From NCBI GenBank assembly GCA_964016885.1, contig OZ024741.1:290408001-290472000 (forward strand): a stretch of DNA of 64,000 bases, read 5' to 3'. Positions 55,537 through 64,000 of this stretch are shown here, piece by piece. Position 1 is the first letter of the stretch. Each line of letters opens with the position of its first letter. Source of the stretch: Eledone cirrhosa (Eukaryota). The position numbers were made by a program, and so were the translations under genes. Below the pieces are notes generated by a model. It saw nothing but the letters and a program-made list of their open reading frames with translations. It made no database searches and was not told the origin of the DNA.

Positions 55537-56190
55537 GCTTCCTTCTACAGATGCTACAAAGCCTCCAACACGGACACATATACACACAAACGTACACACT
55601 CACATACATAGAAAAAGGTCATCTACACATACTCGCGTGTAGACACTCACACACACACACACACACACATTCATTTGACACATACGTGATAATACACACA
55701 GATACACACACAATCGTACACACTCAAATACATAGAACCAACAGAAAATACCCCCCCCCCCACCACAAACACACACTCACATGTACACAAATAAAATAAA
55801 CCTAAAATCTCACAGACATACACACACACATACACACACACACACGCGGACTAAATCCACGCATATCTACCAGTTTCTTCCCTTTGGCACAAACACACAC
55901 ATACACACACACACAACCATACCCATGACATCCCTGTACCCTCCAGTTTGCCCCCCCCCCCCGGCCGGACCTTTCACTATCTATCTTTTTCCTCCCAATC
56001 CCCGTTTCCTAACTTCCTTTCCTAACCTTCACACACAACTCATACACTTACATGTTCTCTCCTTATCCAAACTTTCTTGAAGAAGGACCTCTGTTCGTAA
56101 CGTTGAACCCTCCTCCACTTTCTCCAAGCGTGAACCTAATACAACTGTGTACTTTTGCATTCCTGTGTTCTGTTTTGTTTCATTTATTAA

Positions 56191-56246
<56 letters not shown>

Positions 56247-56509
56247 ACACACACATATATATATATATATAATATATATGGTGGTGGTGATGGTGATTAT
56301 GATAAGGGGGATGACGGGTGGTGATGGTGGTATTGGTGGTAATGATGATGAGTGATGGTGTTGAGTGTTGTGGTCATGATGATGATGATTGTGACGGCGA
56401 TGATCAGAATGGTGTGGATGGTGGTGATTGTAGTGTGATGATGATGGCGATGATGATGGTCGTGGTTCCTGATATGGTATATTATTTACTTATGTTATAT
56501 TTTGTACTA

Positions 56510-56860
56510 ATGGAAGCAGAAGGGGCACAAGAATGGAAGATAGAAAACTACAAGAACTGCTGTAAGAATAGGAAAGGGACTGTGTGCTTGCCTGTCGATA
56601 TTGAAAGTCGAGGGTTCGGAGGGTCTCTGGGCATTACGCAAGGAGGAGGACCATCAAAAGAAAAGCAGAAGTAGCAGAAAGTTTATCTTGTCGTGTATTG
56701 CTGATAACTGAAGAGAAACGACCGGTGGAGCCTGTAGTATGACACATGAACAATGGCTAAGGCTTGATAAAACTAGGCCGAGTCAATAGATGAGTGTGGA
56801 TGTTGTAAGACCCGAAAAAGCCTGTGAATCCAGTATGTACCGCTCATGATGTGTCAGAGT
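56510..56860 (+). pseudogene. 3' remnant of a HERO-like (REL endonuclease) non-LTR retrotransposon
   Basis: E..QEWKIENY...CLPVDIESRGF...LGI...RRTIK.KAEVAE resembles the HERO C-terminus. UTR motif atgttgtaagacccgaaa...atgatgtgtc. Confidence 0.6.
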
Positions 56861-57091
56861 TTTTACATACTTGGATGTGTGAAAAAGTTTATGTTGTTGT
56901 ATTATGTTGTTGTATTGTTGTATTAGTTTAAGATGGCGAATCGGCAGAATCGTTACGGCATCGAATCAAAAAACACTTCGATATTTTATCCGGCTTACTG
57001 CACTCTAGATTCATATCCTGCCGGAGTCAACTTATCTTTTCGAAGTCACTAAATAAAGTATAAGTCCAGTATTGGAGTTGACTATAAGAAG

Positions 57092-57680
57092 CCGGTAGAA
57101 AAGTATTTGACTTTCCTGTAGGCTGGCTCCTACAAGGCTGAAGTACTAGCTATTTCACTGCTTTGATTTTTAAAAGATGATGGGATTGAATTTGAAGACT
57201 AAAGAGGACAGTCCTATAACATTGTCAACATTATGTCTGGTCACTACACAGAAATGAAACCCAGACTTAAGGATAAAAACCCGGCAGCTGTTTTCATTCC
57301 TTTTGCTAACTCATTGAATCTAGTTGAACAAGTTACTGCCTCATGCTGTAATGAAGCTATTGATTATTTTGGCTTCATACATAGGTTATACACCTTTTTC
57401 TTCTCCATTACCCCATCAACCTGCAGATGGGAAAATCTAATGAAGTCTTTCGGGGGTATGAAAAGATCACTAATTGTGAAATATATTTCAGACACACATT
57501 GGTCAGTAAGAGCTGAAGCACTTGAAGATAGGTACGACTACATTTAAGATGTACGCCGGGACATTGAAACAAATGCTTGGAACAAATACTTAAAGAAAGA
57601 TAAGAAGCTCAGACATTTGTAAACAAAGTGGGCTGTCTAGAAATTGTTTTGATGACCAAGATCTGGAATTTAATTTGTCT
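57092..57680 (+). pseudogene. Decayed hAT transposase fragment (Tip100/ZMYM1-like)
   Basis: RGQSYN..NIMSGHY...NPAAVFIPFANSLNLV...FGFIHRLYTFF...RW...SDTHWSVRAEAL matches hAT motifs RGQ.YD...MSG, C..H.LNL and TRWS.R. Stops upstream. Confidence 0.85.
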
Positions 57681-57929
57681 ACAATTCGGCAGTAAAAACA
57701 AAGATTTTCAAGGATTTCAAATTAACCTGAATAGAGGGATTTAACTGATTTTCTAGAAAAATTCCTAAACTCCATCCGGGATTGGTATTAAATATTAAAA
57801 CTGAAAACCAAAGAATTCTGAGCCATGACCAACTACAAAGCAGCAACAGGGCGGCCAACATGACAACGAAAATCGAGCACCAGTCTAAGAAAAAATTGTT
57901 CGTTTCCCAGGAGACAAACTCAGATGTTG

Positions 57930-58027
57930 ACTAGTTGACTCGCTGGCTGAGTGTTTACTTTGCTGATTGGTTGATTGGCTTGTTGGTAGCTTGAATGGTT
58001 GATGGTTGACTGACTGATAATAGACTA

Positions 58028-58091
<64 letters not shown>

Positions 58092-58740
58092 TTGATTAGC
58101 TTGCTGGCTGCTTGACTGGCTGACAAGTTGATTGGTAGGCTTATTGCTTGCTTGGCTGATTGGTTGGTAGACTAGTTGGTTGTTTGACTCGCTGGTGTGT
58201 AGGCTGGATTGTTGAATCACTGTTGGGATGGCTGGTTGACTAGTTTACTGACTGATTGACAAGCTCGCTGGCTGGCTGGCTGGTTGCTTCTTTGGTTCGT
58301 TGGCAGATTGCTTAGTTCGTTGGATGTCTGGTTGCCGCATCTATTGGTTGTTTGGCTGATTGACTGGTTGGTTGCATGGCTAGTTGGTTGCATGGCTAGT
58401 TGGTTGGTTGGCTGGTTGGTTGGTTGGCTGGTTGATTGGGTTGGGATTTGTTTGTTTGGTTGTTGGTCTGGTTGAGTGGATGTTTGAAGGGTTGTGTACT
58501 TGGTTGGATGGGTAGTTGGGTGGCTGTTTGGATGGTTGGTTGGCCGGGTGGCTGGCTGGCTGGTTGGTTGCTTGGTTTAATTGTGGATTAGTTAGTTGTT
58601 TGGATGGTTGTTTGATTGTTGATTAATTGGTTCGTTGGTTAGTTAGGTGGTTGTCTGGCTGTCTTGCTGTTAGGCTGTCTGGCTGTCTGGCTGTCTAGCT
58701 GGTTAGTTGACTAACTGCATGACTTTGCTGGCTGCTAGGC
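57930..58740. repeat. Degenerate (GGCT/GGTT/GACT)n tetranucleotide array
   Basis: Seen directly. Confidence 0.85.
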
Positions 58741-59596
58741 AATTCATTATTTGTCCGCTGCGTTGAACTCCTGCTGTAATCGTTTAACCTTTAATAAACC
58801 ACCCACTCATCCAATCCCCACCACCTCCACACTGCCCCCAACCCCCAACACGACAGTAATTTATCCTACACCATCACAATCACCGCTATCACCAGGACCA
58901 CTGTCACTGCCACCGTCGTCACTTTCACATATCAGTAAATCATTTCTAACATAAGCACAAGGCTTTGGAGACAAACAGTCGATTAAACCAACCTAGTACT
59001 TTACTGGTACATAAATGTTATGGACCTCGGAAGGATGAAAGGCGAAGCTGGCGTCGGCGGAATTTGAACTCAAAAGTATCTAGATGCTACAATGCAATTT
59101 GTCCGGCGCTCTAGCGATTTTGTCAATCCAGCGCCTTTCCCATACATATATATTGACATCCATTATATTCATACCCAGATAACTAGGGAAGCCTCCGCAC
59201 AGACATTCATCCTGTTAGAAACAGCAACCAAATCCCCTCAACTAAACCCCACCACCGTTGTCTTAAATAAAATAGCACATTAAACAATGTAGTTCTAGAC
59301 ATCCCTAAAACACAGGATGGTCTTTATTGAAAAATGCTTAAATTAAAAATTTACCCAATTTGGGTTGACCTGGGGTGAAAGAACTACAATTTCATCAATA
59401 AAAGCAACACACATGCATAATAATTATATTTTTCTCCCCAAACTACCAACACACACCTATTTCTATATATGCTACGTTTATCGCATATCGAATTTTTTTT
59501 TATATCTTGGTTGATATTTGATAATAACAGCTAAACTAATCACTACAAAAAAATTGATCAAATTGGGGACCCCCAATTCAGAAATGCTTCCACCGC

Positions 59597-59652
<56 letters not shown>

Positions 59653-59859
59653 TTTATTGTTAGATGAAGATTCAGTAAAGCAACTAGTAGTTATAATGGT
59701 TGCAGGGATGGCTTTAATGGTAGTTACACAAGGAGATGGGACGGCTAGTTGACATTCTCGTCTGCTTTGTTTTATTATTTTCCTGTTTTTCCTGAGCAAT
59801 ATTGTACACCGGACTTCATATCTCAATAGTGTCACTGGTACCAAACACTGTGCTAGCGT

Positions 59860-60020
59860 ACACTGCAACAACAATACATGCAGAAGGAAAACAAATTTCA
59901 CACTAACTACGATCTATCCATCCCCAGAACCTAGGAACATACAGAAATAGACTTGATAGTACGATTACTGCATTATGTCCAGAATGTATCAGAACCACGT
60001 ACGATTCTTCACTACATATT
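59860..60020 (+). pseudogene. Possible C-terminal CCHC region of an I-group LINE
   Basis: ISH*LRSIHPQNLGTYRNRLDSTITALCPECIRTTYDSSLH resembles L.QLRSGH...L..Y..R......CP.C......H. Confidence 0.4.
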
Positions 60021-60369
60021 AGAGTTAGCAGTAGAGTCTGTTTTCTCAGCTAGAGGAAGGCATGATATAACTGAAAATAATAGATATGTTTGGTTGCGTC
60101 TAGTTTTACGGTTGACAACCTGGATACCATAGGGGGTTTCAATGAGGTATGATCAGGGGCCACACAACTACACACCACATCAGGCCGGTTTTCAGGCTTT
60201 GGTTCACGGGGATAGGGTGGAGCGGGGTGGGGTGGGTGAGAGTCCTCAGAACATTCTGAGTAGGCACTCTTTCGGGACGTTTTTATAATCTCTAATTTCT
60301 AAATCTGAGGCGGCAACATTGAAAAGTAGGGGGACGCACCGTCAAGAGTACCATAATAACAACGAGCCC

Positions 60370-60817
60370 ACACCACTCCTGACCACAACACACTACACGA
60401 CATCACAAAACACCACACCACCCCATACAAACCAACACAACTCTTCACCACGCAACACCACTCCACATCACGCAAAACCACAATTCAATACAACACTCAA
60501 CATCAGACCGCACAACAAAAACTAAACAGCTCCACACAGCACTACACCACAACACACAACACACCACTACACCACACACAACTACAGCACATCACTTATC
60601 AGAACATCACACCACTCAGTCCCATACCACACAACACAACGCCACAGAACAGCACAGCCACCACATAGCACCACACAACATGACAGCGCGCCACACGACA
60701 CTATACCAGACCACACAGCACCACACAGTATCACACCACCCAACACCACACCACACAACAAAACATCACACCACACAGCGCCACACAACCTCACAGAATA
60801 CAACACCACACAACACC
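60370..60817. repeat. Degenerate (CACCA/CACAA)n pentanucleotide array
   Basis: Seen directly. Confidence 0.8.
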
Positions 60818-61556
60818 TCTCACCTATCAGGCTAATCGTGGCTTCGTGTTAAGACATGCGCAATTTAGCACCAATTATGTGAAGTGGTGTGGCAGAGGGT
60901 TGTGGTGGTAATGGTTGTGGTGATAGTGATGGTGGTGGTGAGGGGGATTGTCTGGGAGGGGGGCGTGGTGTGACGATTTTGAGGGAGGGGGGCGTGTACA
61001 AGTAGTGAAATGGTGTGGTTGTGGTGGTGGTAGTGGTTGAAGTTGTTGATGCTGTTATTGTTGTTGATGTGGTGGTGGTGGTGGTGGCGGTGGTGTTGGT
61101 GGTGGTGGTTGTGGTTGTTGTTATTGTTGTTTTTATTGTTGTTTTTTATTGTTGTTATTATTGTTGTTGTTGTTGTGGTGGTGGTGCTGGTGGTGGTGGT
61201 GGTGGTAGGGGTAGTTAATGGTAGGAGGTGATAGTGGTGGCGGTGTAGTTGTGTAGTGGTAGCTTATGGTGTTGGTTGGGTTGTGGTAGTAGGTAATGGA
61301 AGGGATGTGATAGTGAGGATTGTGTGATGGTTGTGGATGTGGTAGTGCGATAGTAGTTAACGGTGAGGTTGTGGTGGTGGTGTTGTTGTTGGTCATGGTG
61401 GTGGTGATAGCCAGTCGTTGTCGTGGTAGTGATGATGTGTGATGGTAGCTAATTGTGGGGCTTCTAATAGTGGTGGTGGTGGTTGTGTAATAGTGCTTCT
61501 GTCAATGGTGATGAAGTTGTGGTGGGGGGATAAGCAGAGGGTGGTGGTGGTAGTAT

Positions 61557-61609
<53 letters not shown>

Positions 61610-61734
61610 GTAGTAGTAGTGATTGTGGTGGTAGGGGTGGGGGTGGGGTCGTCGTCGTCGTCGTGATTGCGGTGGTGGTCGTGGTGGGGGGGGGGTATAA
61701 GCAGAGGGTGGTGGTGGTAGTATCAGTAGTAGTG

Positions 61735-61789
<55 letters not shown>

Positions 61790-61793
61790 CAGC

Positions 61794-61840
<47 letters not shown>

Positions 61841-62170
61841 TAGTGATTGTGGTGGTGGTGCTGGTGGTTGTGATGTCTCGGCTCTCGTGGAGGTGGTAGT
61901 TGTGGTGATGGTGGTAATAGTAGTAATAGCAGTGGTGGTGCAGTGGTAGTAGAGGTATTAGTGGTGTTTTCGTGTTGCCGTGAAATGTTGTTAGTGAAGT
62001 AGTATTAGTGGTATTGGTCAGTATTGGTGGTATTGTTAGGTCTATTTGGTGTTTTATTGCTACTTCTTCTCCTGTAGTGTATGCGAAGAGGGGTAAGCAG
62101 TTAAAATGCTACAATTTGGGTGAGGCGCGATGTTGAAAGAACTGATAATACTATTAGTGAAACTAAGGGC

Positions 62171-62770
62171 ATTGGATTGGCAGAATCGGTAGAGCATTGG
62201 ACAAAATGCTTTACGGCTAGGGTTATGCCCCATTTATGATCTGAGTTCAAATCCTGTCGAGGTTACCTTTGCCTTTCATCCTTACGGTATCGATAAAATA
62301 AAGTACCAGTTACGCACTGGGGTTAATTTCATCGACTTTCCCCTTCTCCAAAAAAATGTTGGCCTTGTGCCTAAATCAGAAATAAATATTAGTGAAGCTA
62401 ATGGATTGGCAGAATTGGGAGAGCGTCCGATAAACTGTTATTGTGGTATTTGTACTGACACTTTACACCCTGAGTTCAAATCTTGTTGCGGTCAACTTTA
62501 CCTTTCAACCTTCCGGGGTCGATAAATAAAGTATCAGTAATTAATGGGGTTGATTTAATCAACTATGCTCTTCCTCGATATTTGCTGGCCTTGTGCCTAA
62601 ATTAAAATCAATATCAGTGAAATCAAGGTGGCAAATTGGCAGAGACTTTAGAATGCTTTGCGATATTTGTTTCAGCTCTCTGCACTCCCTGAGTTCAAAT
62701 CCCACTGAGGTCAACTTTGCCTTTCATTCATTCAAGGTCAATAAAAATGTACTATTTTTGTGCTAGGATC
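62171..62770 (+). mobile_element. Three head-to-tail older SINE copies
   Basis: ttggcaga...ctgagttcaaatc...ggt(t/c)aactttgcctttca at 62177, 62406 and 62636, separated by a recurring att/atc-agtgaa spacer. Other decayed copies at ~1790-2035, 27190-27350, 38480-38640, 39655-40025, 50370-50640, 56933-57085 and 58950-59140. Confidence 0.85.
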
Positions 62771-64000
62771 GATTCTTCTTCTATATCTCTTTCTCACTTC
62801 CATTCTCTCACTCTCTCTCTATCCTTTTCTGGAAGAAATCTGCTTTTTTTTCAGACCTGGAAAAGGATGGACTCCGCGAAGTTTTAAAATGCCCTAAGAA
62901 CGCTGTATGCCATTACAGAACCCCCCCCCCGACTCCCTCAAGGGTTTCGGGAGCGTGCATGCGCAGGAAGCAATGAAACTAAAAATCGCGGTCATTTTGC
63001 CTTTCATCCAACTTTGTCTTTTAACCTTTTGTGTCGATAAAATAAAGTACCAGTCATGTACTGTGGAACATATAATCGAAGATGTGCCTCTCCCACCACC
63101 AAATTTTTAAAGATTTGTACCTACGATAATATTCCAGATATTTATATTTGAAGTGGTTATCGTGGGATTGGTGATGGGTATATGGTAATGATAGTGGGGG
63201 TTGTGTTTGTGGCCTTAGGTGATGGGAGCTGGGAGCGGGGAAAATATTAATGGCAATGATAGTAGTCATCATTGTAAGCAGATGGAACATACGAAGGTAG
63301 TTTTGGTAGAGGTAGGGACAGTGTTAGTAGTGTGGCGGAGATGGTAAAGAGGGAGTTGGTATTGTTAGTCTTGTTGTTCAGGCCTAATGAGAAATAATTA
63401 TGATCAAAATCAATCCAACCATGACCTATCCGTCTTTTTAAAGGTATTATGTATCCTGGACAATAATGGTGAGTGTGTATGTATGGAATGGGAGTAAAAG
63501 TGGCTTTGACTTTGGTGTGGGTGATAGTGGGTTGATAAGTAGGGGTAGACGTGTCGGAGTTAATGTGAAAATGAGGAGACACGGACAGAGAATGCGGTGG
63601 AGGGGTGTGGTTGGTCGACGGAAGACGGAAAATGAGGGGTGAGTAGTTGGATGTGGAGAGTGTGCAGGAGATTTTATTGAAGAGATAAAGTGGTGTGATT
63701 GCCGACCGACTGAGGGTGGACAATTGGTGAATTGGACAGGGAAACAGATAAAGATATACACAAAGTGAGAGGGGGAGGAGGGGGTAGTGTGAAATAGAAC
63801 GGGAAGTGCTGGAAGGGTTACAAGAGAAGCAAACGATAGAGGAAAAAGTGTTAAGTCTTATGGGGAGGCACAGCAGGAAGAGAGAGAGATAGGGAGGAGA
63901 GAGGGGGCAGTCATATACGAAGAACGTGAGAGAAAGACATGGAAGAAATTACGGACCATTACGAAGAATAGCAGATTGGAATTAAATAGCAGCAGCAGCA

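Overview
AT-rich, microsatellite-saturated animal DNA. The SINE, Dong/R4 and Tx1 fragments point to a coleoid cephalopod, probably an octopod; this is my recognition, not a database result. I find no convincing host protein-coding gene, and nearly every ORF in the track is a simple-repeat artefact. The real content is: (i) a young, 5'-truncated Penelope-like retroelement (PLE) with an open GIY-YIG endonuclease frame between 323-bp inverted pLTRs (10092-11557); (ii) about ten complete or partial type I hammerhead ribozyme (HHR) motifs from several unrelated families, mostly inside fold-back insertions at (TA)n tracts, including a highly structured ~325-bp retrozyme-like tandem unit joined to the tail of a different PLE-type family (8419-9152); (iii) many tRNA-derived SINEs, decayed RTE, HERO, Dong/R4, Tx1 and hAT fragments, and several MITEs; (iv) large trinucleotide-derived minisatellites and a 6.9-kb (CCCAACACACA)n satellite. 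All coordinates were counted by eye and may be off by a few bases.
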